Assembly: GCA_973895155.1 (NCBI GenBank)
Contig: OZ316895.1
Location: forward strand, 24,371,538-24,435,537
DNA: 64,000 nt
Direction of reading: 5' to 3'
Source of the DNA: Marsupella aquatica
Taxonomy: Eukaryota; Plantae; Marchantiophyta
Shown: positions 23,821 through 36,559 of the stretch, piece by piece
Position numbering within the stretch: the stretch's first letter is position 1
Layout of the letters: each line of letters opens with the position of its first letter
Position numbers and translations under genes: made by a program
The notes under the pieces: generated by a model
Told to the model about the DNA's origin: nothing
The model's input: the letters and a program-made list of their open reading frames with translations, nothing else
Databases searched by the model: none

Positions 23821-26500
23821 GGTTCTGGTCCTGTACTACTTCCAGTTTACCTTTCACTCCTTGCCACCATAAGTAGCAGAACACCCTCCAAGCTGATGCC
23901 ACACAACAGCACCACATGATAAATGCTCAACTCATTTGTGTCTCACTACCCCAGCAAGCCATGGTGTGCATCAACCAGATCTATTATGATACACTGTAAT
24001 GTACTCGATCTAACCACAGATCATGCGGAAGAGTACATGACATGGCAATATATTGAGAGCTAAAAGTCGACCAAAGTAACCAGGGACAAAACCAATCGCT
24101 GCATGTCTGTAGAAACATAAATACGACATCATATGTTTCGATAGACATCATATGTTTCTTACCAATAGCTGTTTATCTATAGAAACATAGATAGATAAGA
24201 CATCACGTTCGGACAACAGTTACCAATAGGATAAATTAAGGGCACTTGAAAACTTCTAGAGAAATACAAGTCGAATGGGTAGATGAGGAATTACTGTACG
24301 AGACACTACAATAGCACACATAACAATAACAGTCCCGGAGAGACAAAACGAGACCCACTAACGGGACTAGAGTGCGAAGTTATGGAAATGAACGCACTGT
24401 ATTTTAGAATAAGAACAGAAACTGACAGAGCGGATGCTCTGTCAATTGTGCCTCTCAAAACTACTGCTTTTGAACACCACTACAGTTTGGTCGCCAGCCC
24501 AACAACGTGCACGCTGCGTCGCTGCTGCCGCTCCAAAGCACTGGTCCAGCTCCAATCATCCCAACGCAGCTACATGCGACAGGAACCACCAAGTCCTTCG
24601 AAGGTATCAAAGTCGTTCCAGACCTCACTGTGGACAGAGACAGAAGCAACTGTCATTCAGACATCCACAGTAGCCATAAGATGTTCCTACAAACGGAACA
24701 AGCACGGAGCTAGCTATCGACTTGGGTTTGACTTCCAGCAGATTTGAGCCATCAAGACTTGAAGGCATTTTCGGACTGAAACATGATCAGTAGTCTCAAC
24801 TCAGAAGGAACAAACAATCATCAGGGCCAGCCTGTACCAAACTCCACGGGACGCAACCATCGATGAAGCAAACAGATCACGATCCAATAAATACATAAGA
24901 TGAATGGAACCATCCGTCCTTGATTCGGTATTACTAAGCGAAGCGAGGCTGGCCTAGCTCCGAACTCCCCCCTAAGCATCACTATTTCTCTGACGACGAT
25001 CACACTCCTCGACAGCGCGCACAGACTAATACAACAGCGCAGACTCAAATCATCAGTCCAACCTGCAAAGGACTGCGAGCCACTGACTCGATCACGTGAT
25101 TAAACACCAGGCTCATCATCACCACCTCTCGCGGGGAGTGAAGCCAACCTGCCAGGGCCTGGAAGCCACTCGGCCACGGAGATATTCAGCAGGCTTGTCA
25201 ACGCCTATCATTGGAAAGCAGCTGAGCCAGGTATGATCAATCTAGACAGATGAAAGGAGTACGAAAAACTCCAGATTGCCCAGTTTCGACATGGCCAGTA
25301 ACCTCACCCTCTGGCAGGGCAGCCTCGCAACGACTGCTCTGAGACCACTCCCCACTCACATCACAAGTTCATCAGTCTCATCTCGTCACATCACAGCTAC
25401 ACTTGAAGTGCTTCCAAACATGCGACACGAGAACGGGATCGAAGCACATGAGTGGACGAGCTATCTCACACAGACCAGACAGACTCTCTCACAGACCGAT
25501 CCTGCCCACCTGCTTCGACGGTTTCCCCCGTTACCATCGAAGCATGGACAGAAGGTTGTTTCGACACCCGACAAGGCCGTGCCATAGATGAAGAGTCAAT
25601 CCGTCTTCGGCCCACCTGCTGCTGCGACGGGTAACCTAGCTACCATCAAAGCAATGGCGGGAGGTCTGGAGTGGAGACGAACTGAGATAGGAAGGAATGA
25701 ACGAATTTTGCAATCCAAGAGCCAGAGAACCTTTTTCCTTTCGTCACCAGTTGTTGTTGTACGTGGGGATCGGGGGTGAATCTCACCTGATCATTTAAAC
25801 CTTCCACGAGGTATTGCAAGACCCACTTCCGACCGATCTGAAGAAACCGGCTCCTCTCGGTTGTGAGCTTCAATCGTCTGCTGCTGGCCCCTCCTCGCTT
25901 CCTCCCATCGGAATGAGTGGAGTAGAAAGCTGCAAATCGCATTACCTCCTTCCCACGCCTGACCATCCCTCGAGCTCCCGGCGGCACCCCACCCAGCTGG
26001 CTCAACCTTTCTTCGCTTGCTTGGCTTGCTGCCAAATCCTGTGCTTGTTTTGTTCTCCGCACCCACTCGACCGGGTCTTTCGTAGATCTATCGTCTTCTG
26101 AGGGATGCATTGATGACTGCACGATCGGTGCTCCTGCCATCAGTATTTTACTGCTTTAGTGTCAATCAAACTACTCAGGTAAACTCTATAGAGCCCGCTA
26201 TAGAGGTGAAGATACACGCATCTCCCTCTCGCATTAAAAACACTCGTCTCACTCGCTCACTAAAAAAACAATTTGAGAATAGGTACACTCTCGAACGGGC
26301 GAACACCTTTTCTTTTTCTCCATAGAATCCTCCCTCCCTCAGGCGCGTCCCACCTCCTGACCTGTGATTACTTGCACTGCTGCACAACTGGGACCCTAGT
26401 GCTCTCATGTGAAACAAATATGCTGTTCTGGCAGAAAAGCTTTTCATTTCCCTGTCTAGTGTCTCCCAAATGTCTCCCAAATGTCTCCCAAACTACCCTG

Positions 26501-26586
26501 TATTATTAAAGTGCCCAGCACACCAAGATTAATTCTTATGCAATATTATTAAAGTGCCCAGCACACCAAGATTAATTCTTATGCAA
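26501..26586. repeat. 43-bp perfect tandem duplication
   Basis: TATTATTAAAGTGCCCAGCACACCAAGATTAATTCTTATGCAA twice. Confidence 0.9.
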
Positions 26587-28469
26587 ATTAGTATACTGGC
26601 CAAGGTATTGTATAATGTGAGCAAACAGGAATTTTGTTAACAATGAGAGTGTTGTTAAGGAGACACTAGTGATTTTAAGTTTCTCTTGCTTTTTATGAAT
26701 CCAGATAGCTAGCAAGTTTGCTAGCAAAAGGAGGAGTCCCAAAAATGTATGTTATCCACCAGGTTCTTGTTAGCGAGTCAATTCGAGATGGAAAATTAGG
26801 GGTCATGTGAGGAAAAGTTTTACTGTTTCCTTGCACATCACAATGACCCATACCGGTCCCTGTTGCCACTGGCTTACCTTAGCCTGTTGTGACCCCCCTC
26901 GTTCCCCGTTCCCCTTTCCCCTCCCCCCATTGTGGGGCACAGCTGCAGGCCCGGGAGGGGCAAAAACATATCATGCTGCGCCTAAGGCCAGTGGCCCCTC
27001 CCCTTTGGCTCGATCAACTTCTTGCCCAGGGAAAATCGCAGCATTCTGTGTCTTTTTGCGTGAACAAATGATGGGGCAAAAAACCACAAGTTTTCTTGCA
27101 ATTTCCTGAGAAAAAATGAGAGCCAAATCATTGGGGTTTTTGTGAGGGGAGTGTGGAGCAAAAAAATGATGTGGTCTTGTCCCTCCTGTGCCTGTAACTG
27201 TGCCAGAAGGGGAAGGGGAGTTGCCACGGGTTAAGGCTAGCTGGGAGGCTAGCCAATGACGCCTCACCACATGGCAATGGAACCCAGTCTCTAGTTAATA
27301 CTAGTGTGTATACAAAATGGAGGATGAGTTAATAATTGATTTTGTTTGGGGGGCACATTGATAATTTGGGTAGTTTGGGGGACACGTTAGTATAAAGCTA
27401 GTACATTGCAGAAATCAAGTTGTTTACTCATATTCTATGCTCGAAGACTGCAAGCTCATCAGTGATCGCCCTACACAATGCCATCACTCAGGAAAACAAG
27501 ATCCACTTACCATGGTTACATACTGGTTTTCTTCTCATTTCAAGCTCTTTTGTTTTGAGTTTTCCCTTTGGCTTTTTCATTTTGGTCTGCAGACTGATAC
27601 TGTATGCTTAGTTGGTTGCCTTTGTACCCCTTACAGCGGCAAGGTTCCCTTCATTCAATGCCTACCATACATACAAATGGGAAAAGAAGAAAAATAGTAC
27701 ATAAGTATGCTGGGGCCAGTGGACATCAAGGTCTCCAAGAATGGCAGGTGATGTGCTTGCCTTGGGAAGTTGTAGGCCATGATGACTTGCATGTGACTGG
27801 GTCAGTAAACCTGCTTTAATTTTCAATTCCCAAAAGACCTGAAAAATTAAAACTTTGATAACAACGATATATACTATCAAATTCTTGGTAGAGCAGATAG
27901 AGTTTAGGTGCCTTTCCTTAATTTCTTAAAACTCCACTTGGGCTGTGCAGCCTTTGCTTGCTCAATTTAAATATTTTTACCGCTAACGAAGAGTAGGTAG
28001 CAACTGAATGTCAACAAGACCTTTGGTGAAAGTTTACGTAAATAAAAAAGTTCCTAATTAAAAGTTTATTCTCTTATGCCGTCAGACATGATGTCACTTT
28101 TGCTGAAAAGGGTACACGAAGATATTCCTAAATTACATTCTCTTTTGTCGTGCCTTACGCTCTCTGCTTATTCAGCAATTAGTGAACGACTATTAATAAA
28201 TACAGCTACAATCAATTTGTCATGATTATTTATGGTTTCAAAAAGAGCTCAGGGCTGGGTTTCCCATCTTCAAACAATAGGCCCAAAATGAGTTCAAAAC
28301 AAGAACTAAATAGAAATGTTCAATTCTGGCTCGAGATCATGAAGTCACTTAAATGATTTATTTTACAATTTTCTTTGGGCCTTTGTGAACCTGGAAATCT
28401 TCCCTTTATGTCCTTGTTGCGTTACCTTCATTTCAGGAGTTTTTATCCTTGGACCCCATCCGTTTCAGG

Positions 28470-29518
28470 CAGATCTTGCTGGGTGTATGCACGCTTTCAC
28501 CCTCTCCCTCACCGAGACACCTGACATGGACCGAGCTCGGATTCTTTGTTCCAGAGGGAAGGGCACAGGAGGATGGCTTCAGGCCAATCCAGTCAATCCT
28601 CATCTGCGGATGTCTTCAGCGGAGTTCTCGACAGCCATGCGTCTTTGTATGGGGCTGCCTCACCCACTTCTTGTTGGTTTACCTCCTTCTTGCACTTGTA
28701 GGAAGCCTTGTAATGCCACAGGTGTTCATCTTCTTCGGTGCAGTTTGGGCGGCGAAACCATTTTGTTCACGATGTTGTGAGAGATACGACTGTTCAGGTT
28801 CTCTCTGGCTCTTTGGTCAGCATGCGGTGGGAGGTGGTGCTTGAGTTACCTGGTCCTCCATCACAGCAATTACGGGTGGATCTTACCATGGTCCATGAGG
28901 GTCAACGTACTTTGGCAGATGTAGTAGTGGCAAACCCATTGCGCCAAGACATCATTGGGACAGCGGCAACAACGGCCGGGGCAGCGGCATCATAGCGGCA
29001 ACAACGAAGGAGGCCAAATATGCTGCCTGAGCTTCATCTGATAGCTTCCTCCCCCTTGCCCTTGAGATATTTGGGCATCTCCACCATCAATTCGACGGGC
29101 TTCTTCGACAAGCTGCTCACGATGTTCATAGCCGGATGGGTCCCACTGGACCCCCGCTATCTATTCTGACCACACACTTTCGCCAACGCATTTCAGTCAC
29201 CTTACAGCATGCTCAAGCTCGGCCCATCCATCGTCGATCTCTGACAGTGAGTGCTAGTGTGCCTCCACAACGGCTAGCCCCCTAGAGGACATTCCAGTCC
29301 CACTTGTCGATTTAGTTTTGACACTAGATGTGGACCATTAGCTATTAGCCACATTATCTAGGAATGATACGGACCTCGGTCCATTTGCGGTCATTTTAGT
29401 TTCCCTTTCTTGGTTCTTAGAGGTTTCTTTTGCTCACTTCTTTTGCAATTGGTTTTGCCCACTTGGGACCTCTTTTGTTTATTCGTTTGTACTCTTTTGG
29501 CCCTTTTCTGTAAAAAAA
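28470..29518 (+). mobile_element. 5'-truncated, decayed non-LTR retrotransposon with a restriction-like endonuclease (CRE-like clade)
   Basis: ARILCS..GTGGWLQANP...LRMSSAEFSTAMRLCMGLP, CxC..HLLRC..GG..HDVVRD zinc knuckle, RVDL..LADVVVANP (PD-D/ExK-like), FLPLALEIFG, FRQRISVTLQ; frameshifts and stops; T-rich 3' region ending in a short A run. Boundaries approximate. Confidence 0.75.
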
Positions 29519-32500
29519 TTGTGTATATTTCATTTTATGGGAAACTTATGTCACTTGTCAATTAGTCCAAAGGAGAATGATCTACCCACCTGAGTAATTC
29601 TTCACAACCTATTGCTTCCATAATACCGTTGAGACTACATAGTTCTATTCAAGGAGAAACTAGACCCATCCAAGCAACAACGGGGAAGAACTTATCACAT
29701 CCGGACGCACAAACATAACTACTGTAGTGCTCCTGGTTTGGGATTGGTATTGCATTTTGCAAACAGTTGTGCGGAGTATAACCCTGTGAGACTACACTAG
29801 ATAAACACACAATCAAGCCAAATATAGAAGATTTATACAGCATACTGGTAACTATCATTCTCGGACAATTTCATTTGCTATTTGCATCAGAGAAAGACTT
29901 CACAGGTCCCCTGGGGGAGGGATTATTACAAAGTCAGGATTATCTCAAAGCAGCCATGTTTTGAAGGCACGTTTTGCCTAAATTTTACCTGGAAAATGCA
30001 GTCGTGACTCACTACCAAAGTGAATTTCCACTCAGTTGGTCAAATCCTTATCGAACTAAGTCAGAGGGTTTGTCACCAGTCTTAGGATCCACTTTTAGTC
30101 AAAGGAAATCATGCACGCAAGCAATTATTATTACAATTTAATATTTGCAACGGAAGGCCAACTCGCCACTCACAGTCCTTTCCTAAAATGAGAAAAAGAA
30201 TTGCTGTCCCTCCTTATTCTTGTTGGAGGACAGTGCTATGGTACAATTTGTTGGACACTTCGTCATTCACTTTTGTTATGATTGTCGTATAGTTTTGGGG
30301 GAAAAAAGTCAGTGGGTTCTGGGGGAAAAAGTCAGTGGGTCGGTCAGCCTGTCCACCCACCAGCTAAGCTAAAAGGTGAGCTGAGCTGAGCAGAGCTAGC
30401 ATGCTGCTGTCATCCGAGTACAAAATGTGCATGCCACGAAGCTGCAGTGCAGCAGAGAGGATCCTACTACCAAGGTACAGAACTATCCAACGTTGAGGTA
30501 TTTGCACCTTCCAAGGATACGGTAATTAGTACTTCCCATACTTTTCAGCGTCTGATAAGACGGTGAGTTGATACACCATGATAGCACAAGCCAACACGAT
30601 AATTTACAGTACTTCTTTGATCCACTTCAAGTACTGACCAAAAGTCCTCTTAAAACAAGGAAATCACACAACATCAAGTTGTGCAACTGGCTTGCAGACT
30701 AGAAAGAGGAGCATAGCCCCGATGTCCATAAAACACCAATGGAACAAGCCAAAGAGGACCGAAACCCATACAAGCAGGCAGAATACCGCAAAATGGCGAA
30801 AGCTGTGGAAGCATAGATAGCCCAGAACGAAACTTCTTACGCAAAGCAAACGACCCCGCAAAGCAAACTAAGCAATCAAAATTATTATGCACAATAATCA
30901 AAGATGTGATTGCTACGTCCTACCCTATTACCAATTTAAGGAGAATCATTAGTTTTGGCGACTGGTGGGGAAAATTACATGTGAAATGTGCATGGTCACG
31001 AGTTATCAAGTGTTGGATTACCCAGCATCCCACTACGTCAAATCTGATGATCGATCTGACAATCTGATGGAGATCGAACTGACATCTGTTCGAACCCAGC
31101 ATCTGTTCCTTCACACAATATAACATTCGCCACCCCACTCCGGCCAATTAGAAAAATAAATCGTAAGAGTTACCTTGACCCACTAACCCCAAGGCCTAAA
31201 CTAGCAAACACTTCCAGTAATCACGGATGACAGACATTGATATCGAATTTTGCGAGAACACGAGTCAAGTACTGTAGTTACCTACGTCTCTTGTTTTCGG
31301 CTTACTGCGATGGCTGATAGCATGAAGCTAGTAAGTGGACACCATTATTCCAGCTGCGTGACCATATTTGGAGTCAGCACAATTATGAGAGGAAAAGAAA
31401 TGCAGATAAGATCTGCAGACTCCGGAGCCGTGCTCGATCTTGTCCAGATAATCCCTCCCCTGGGTGGGATTGAGTTTCCATCAGGAACGATCTTGTCCAG
31501 ATAATTGCTCCCTGAAATTCATGAGGAATGACTGAATGAGGAAGGTCACTCAGCTTACCGGTCCGTCCTCAAATCTACAGCAGTCGAAGGCAAGCTGCGT
31601 CATTCTAATCTCTCATGATGACTGCGATCATTCGATCCCTCTTTTCAACCACGGAATTTAATACTGACCATTTACAGTAAGAAATAGAATCCTTGTGGTT
31701 GGAATATCCAAACTTCAACCGGAAGCAAGGAATTCAATCACGGCATTCTAGGTTTTTTTTTATAATTATGGTTTTGTTTGCAGAACATCAATATCTGCGA
31801 GGAAATAGAATTCCATGTCACATTTGGCAGGCTGCAATGATCCTCGCTGACTCACCCACTTGGCAACCAGGCACATGTCGACACTTTTGCACTCACTGTG
31901 GTGGGGCACTGAAACCAAAAAGTCTCCTGTCGTTTTTAAGGGCTCGATCAGTCCCGAGCTTCATCGTGAAGCGAAAACTCCAAGTCCGGCCCTTGTGTGC
32001 CGCCAAAAACAATTGAGACACTCCAAATCCATACTGGCACAAAAGGTGATTGGTTCCGTGGGAGCCGTTGGGCTATGAGGACCACATTGGGGACCCATGT
32101 ACTTTTGGGCCCTTAGTTTGCTCTTTGATCCTCATGGGTTTTCCCTTACTTTTTGGCTCTTTGGTCTTCATGGATTTTCCCCTTGTTTTCTACTCTTCAT
32201 TATTGGGTCTGCTGGGTTGAGATCTTCTCTCCTGGGATAACGTTTTTTGTTCTTGGACACTTTGCCATACATCTTTAGACAGAATCATCACATTAATAAT
32301 CAAGAATAATACAAGTTTTGGACAAACAAAATTCATTAGTATGCAAACAATGATGGGTTTGGGCATCGCTAATTTCATGTCTTTTTTTGTAATCTTGGTG
32401 GGGTCCCCTTTTGATTTGCATAGATGTTATCATCATTTTTATTTTCTAGCTGGATTGTGTCACTACGATAAACATCATTTGATAGCATTTCATCACAGGG

Positions 32501-33842
32501 AACCATTTTTTGGTATTTTACATTGTAACTGTCAGGATTTTATAATTCTTTAATTATTTATAGTATTTAACCTTACTTTTCAACCTATAAAAATTCAAAG
32601 GACAACATCAAGGACAGCCCACCCACATTGCTTGTTCAGTTGTGTGTTGCTGATCCCTCTTGCAATTTGACTGAATGTGTTCATCATTGTGGCCCTCAAT
32701 GGTGGACCTTGCTACCCATCACCCTCACAAATCCCAGCAGTCCTTGGTGCCCAAATGTCTACACAACTCTTTGAGCAAGCAACTTGGTACCTCTAGCACC
32801 TCCGATGACAACTCCCATACAAAGCCGTACTTGCTCCCTAACTCGACCGTTGTTCAACGGTCCTCAAAATTTGCACAAGCAACCAAACACCTAGATAAGT
32901 AACCCATAGGATCTAGGAACTCCAAGACTAGTGTCTCAACTCAAACTCAATAGACATTGATACGTAGGTCAGCAAATAGAACCTCGGTCTTGGGCCCGGG
33001 TAGCCTTGCCATAAGCCGAAGCCAGAACCAGCACCTAGTGTTCGTCCAGAACAACCCCTGTACAGTGTTGCTCATGCTTCTCCACTTCCTATTTGTCACT
33101 GGCTGACCGCCCTATCCCCAGGACATGCTCATGGCCCAAATAAGCTAGCTTGTCCCAAAGCTTGTCATAAACGCAGGTTCGTACTAGTTTGGCCCCGACT
33201 CTAGCAACCATCTTTAAGGTTCCACCCAACTGAGAGTCTAGGGGTCAAATGCACTTGGACCTCAATACCCATGCCTAATTTTCCTTGTCTCCCCAATGCA
33301 AGCTCCCGTGGGAAACTGAACATGGCTTGGATGTTGCTTCGACATGATTTGACAAGAGGGCGAGATAGCCCCCGCAAACCTCAAGACCCAAAGTCACCCC
33401 AGACCCAACTGAGCTCAGGAGGATGTAGTCCTCCTCAAGAGTTTTTCAATGCATCCATTAAGTCCTCCAACAAACTTCCCATTGAGAAGTTATCATCGTT
33501 TTCGTTTGGTGTTTCTACTTAGTGTTGCAACTCTCACGGCTCACAACTTGGGCTTGCCCTTGGCCCTCAGGGAGACACCACTCCCTTCACATATACTTTT
33601 GGAGACCTTCCATCCTCGGACCGGCTTTGGTCCCCTTTGTTTGGCCATCAACTTGGACTCTAACCCACACACATGGACACGCAACTAAATTGTTATGCCC
33701 ATACGAGCCCTATGCCAGTACGTGTGTTGCACTATGCAAGGAGGACCGGCCCATAGGGAGTCGGCTAGGGCATTTATGGGGCAACAGGAAGCACATATAT
33801 GCTAGGGTGCACATTTCTTCCATCAATGGTTAGGGAAAATAG

Positions 33843-34553
33843 TTAATCAAATCCAACGGCAATGAATCTTTCCCACCTAGAGAAGCTTTTTTGTATTTGG
33901 ATCAGCCTATTCATTAAAAATGTATTATTATTTGATTTATGTACATTTGGGCAATGAAAAGTGTACTTTTGGGCATGGAAAAGTGTACAATTGGCCTCAA
34001 GAGTGTACATTTGGGCAAATTTCCCATTTGCTAGTTTTGTTGAATCAATTTGCCACCGAACCAAAGTAATTACTCCCCAATGGAAGTTGGGAAAGTATTG
34101 TGATTCCACCACATCTTTCACAACAATCCCTACATGGTCCTTGCCAAGGATTTCATCATCAACCGCTGCCATTTCTTGAGGCACAGTGATGGTCCCCGTG
34201 GCAACCCTATTGGTTTGATCTGAACCAATGTATAGTTCCACCAACTCTGACATCCAATTTGACCATTGGAAATAGTCACAATTAGTTTTAGAAATTTCAG
34301 CTAAGGGAGACTCCACAACAAAACTCCGCTCTATGTTGATATCATCACCCGCATTCTTCTTTGAGAAACTCTTTCTACTTCGGACATCTGCCACATCCCA
34401 GAGAACCCAGGAGTCTTCTGCCTCGTCAATTATTTCAGCCCCAATGTGTTTGTAAGGTAAAACCGTACTCCCATGAATGACATCAATGACCCTCACACTG
34501 ATCACCAAGTAAAATGTTGTGACATCTTTCCATTGGATTTGTATTGAAAACAA
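33843..34553 (-). CDS. exon encoding TNP1/En-Spm (TnpA-associated)-like domain(s)
   Basis: VRVIDVI...VLPY....IDEA..SWVLW followed by VELY...RVATGTI...DEILGKDHVGIVVKDVV...LVRW resemble tandem CACTA TNP1-type beta domains; an AG acceptor immediately precedes it on the minus strand. Confidence 0.5.
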   Translation of the reverse strand: MFSIQIQWKDVTTFYLVISVRVIDVIHGSTVLPYKHIGAEIIDEAEDSWVLWDVADVRSRKSFSKKNAGDDINIERSFVVESPLAEISKTNCDYFQWSNWMSELVELYIGSDQTNRVATGTITVPQEMAAVDDEILGKDHVGIVVKDVVESQYFPNFHWGVITLVRWQIDSTKLANGKFAQMYTLEANCTLFHAQKYTFHCPNVHKSNNNTFLMNRLIQIQKSFSRWERFIAVGFD

Positions 34554-34744
34554 CTACAACGTATTCACTTACACAATTTCAAATGTAAAGTATTAGTTAA
34601 GAATGGTCCCAAATAGGAAGCAGATAGGTGTCAACCCTATCCAAGGACAGTGCGCAAATTGGGATTATCCCCATCAAGCAAAATAGTAGGTCCCTCAACA
34701 ATCCCTATCTAGCCCTAAGATCCTTGATCCCAATTTAGACGTCG

Positions 34745-35715
34745 GATAGGGATGATCCATGTTCAATCCCTGTCCAAACAGCGGATAGGGTCTATTAGTG
34801 TCCAAACGGCTGTCAAAATGGCGGATAGGATCTGTCACTATCCAAATGGCGAACAAGGATCATCCCTGCCTAAACGGCGAATAGTGTCTGTCACTGTCCA
34901 AAAGGCGGACACGGCTGATCCCTATCTAAATGGCAGATAAGATCTATTTCCTGTCCAAACAATGGACAGGGATGACTCAAGGTCGTCCGGATCACTCAGG
35001 GTTCCTATCAAGTAAAACTTTTCATATTGGGGTCCCATCAAGCAAATACCTCAAATGGCAGACAGGGATCATCCCTATCCAAACGACGGACACGGATCAT
35101 ACCTATTGAAAGGTTAGACAGGGATCATCCCTGTCAAAATGATGGACAGGGTCTATCACTGTCCAAACGGCGAACAGGGATCATCCCTGCCCAAACGGCG
35201 AATAGTGTCTGTCATTGTCCAAAAGGTGGACATGGCTGATCCCTATCCAAATGGCGGATAGGGTCTATTCCCTGTCCAAACAACAGACAAGGATGATTAA
35301 AGGTCGTCCGGATCACTCAAGGTTCCTATCAAGTAAAACTTTTCATATTGGGGTCCCATCAAGCAAATACCTCAAACAGCGGACAGGGATCATCCCTATC
35401 CAAACGGCGGACACGGATCATACCTATTGAAAGGTTAAACAAGGATCAACCCTATCAAAATGGCGGACAGGGATCATCCCTATCCAAACGGTGGACACGG
35501 ATCATCCCTATCCAAATGGCGGAGAGGGATCATCCCCATCCAAACGGCGAATACGGATCATTATCCAACCAGAGGATCCGAAATGTAGAGGATCCTCTAC
35601 AGTCCTCTAGTTCATACGGTCCTCTACAGTCCTCTATGGTGGACAGGGATCATCCCTATCAAAAAAGCAAATAGGGATGATCCCTATCCAAACAGCTAAC
35701 AGGGATGATCCATGT
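34745..35715. repeat. array of ~28-bp units with palindromic core GGACAGGGA-tca-TCCCT(G/A)TCC and a 321-bp higher-order duplication
   Basis: Many copies of GGACAGGGATCATCCCTATCCAAACGGC; the block starting GGTCGTCCGGATCACTCA occurs at 34981 and 35302. Confidence 0.9.
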
Positions 35716-36559
35716 ACAGACATGACTCTACACACTAATTTAATGTTTGACCAAAGAACGGTTGGATTGAGATGATCCCAATCGTGAGTTGGGCTGGGAT
35801 CTTTTCACTTCAACCCTAACTTAGATATACAATTCCTAAATTTGCGAATATCAATGGAATATGCTACAATTCTGTAATTAGGTTTAAAGTTACCTGTAAT
35901 GGAAATGATTCTTGAACACAAAACTCACTTTAGTTTATGTTGTCAAACCAAGGAATAAAATACTATGTTGAAGGGGTAGTTATCAGTAAGCTGGTAAACT
36001 AAATGCTTCAGGGGTGTGGAAGAAATTAAAACTAGATGTTCTGTCTGGAAAACAAGAGTGGCTCAATGGGGCTCCGTAATGAACGGACCTGGTTGAGAAA
36101 CTGAATGAAAATCTAGAAACAAAAATACAAAATGAGGACCAGTCGGACCATGTCACTTGCTTATCAAATGATTTACACGACAAATACGTATTTACTCCTA
36201 CTAAAATCGTTTGTTATTGTATGACGGGAACATGGAGGGACGCTATTAGGATTCTATTGCATGTACGATGAGTATGTTTATTTCCGCTCCCGGAAATGTA
36301 GTTTTTGATCAAGTCTACCGACTAGTCCCGTTGCTTTTGATCAAGTCCCATGGACTAAGCCACACACACACTCCTACTGGTCGCTGGTGGAGTGCTGTCA
36401 CCACCCCCCCTACTCACATTGTCGACCAATCCATGTAAGTATTCTTTAGACACTTCTTGGGGAAAGAACACAATCGTGAACCAGAAAAGATAACGCCACA
36501 CCAAAACTTGAGGAATCAAACCAAATCCATATCTTTTGGCAAAACGTCGTAACACATTG

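Noticed and set aside
21671-23919. Overlapping ORFs of up to 198 aa on the opposite strand and alternative frames of STOP1
   Set aside because: Shadow ORFs of a GC-rich, low-complexity CDS with no recognisable motifs
24283-26480. ORFs of 100-164 aa upstream of STOP1
   Set aside because: No recognisable domain; likely 5' UTR, intron or promoter sequence
29640-31620. Possible minus-strand exons with splice-like signals
   Set aside because: No consistent frame or recognisable protein could be assembled
35027-35674. Repetitive peptides such as MGSHQANTSN...
   Set aside because: Translation artefacts of the tandem array
34745-35715. CRISPR-like array (palindromic ~28-bp repeats)
   Set aside because: Units are nearly head-to-tail with short similar linkers, there are no unique spacers and no cas genes, and the context is eukaryotic
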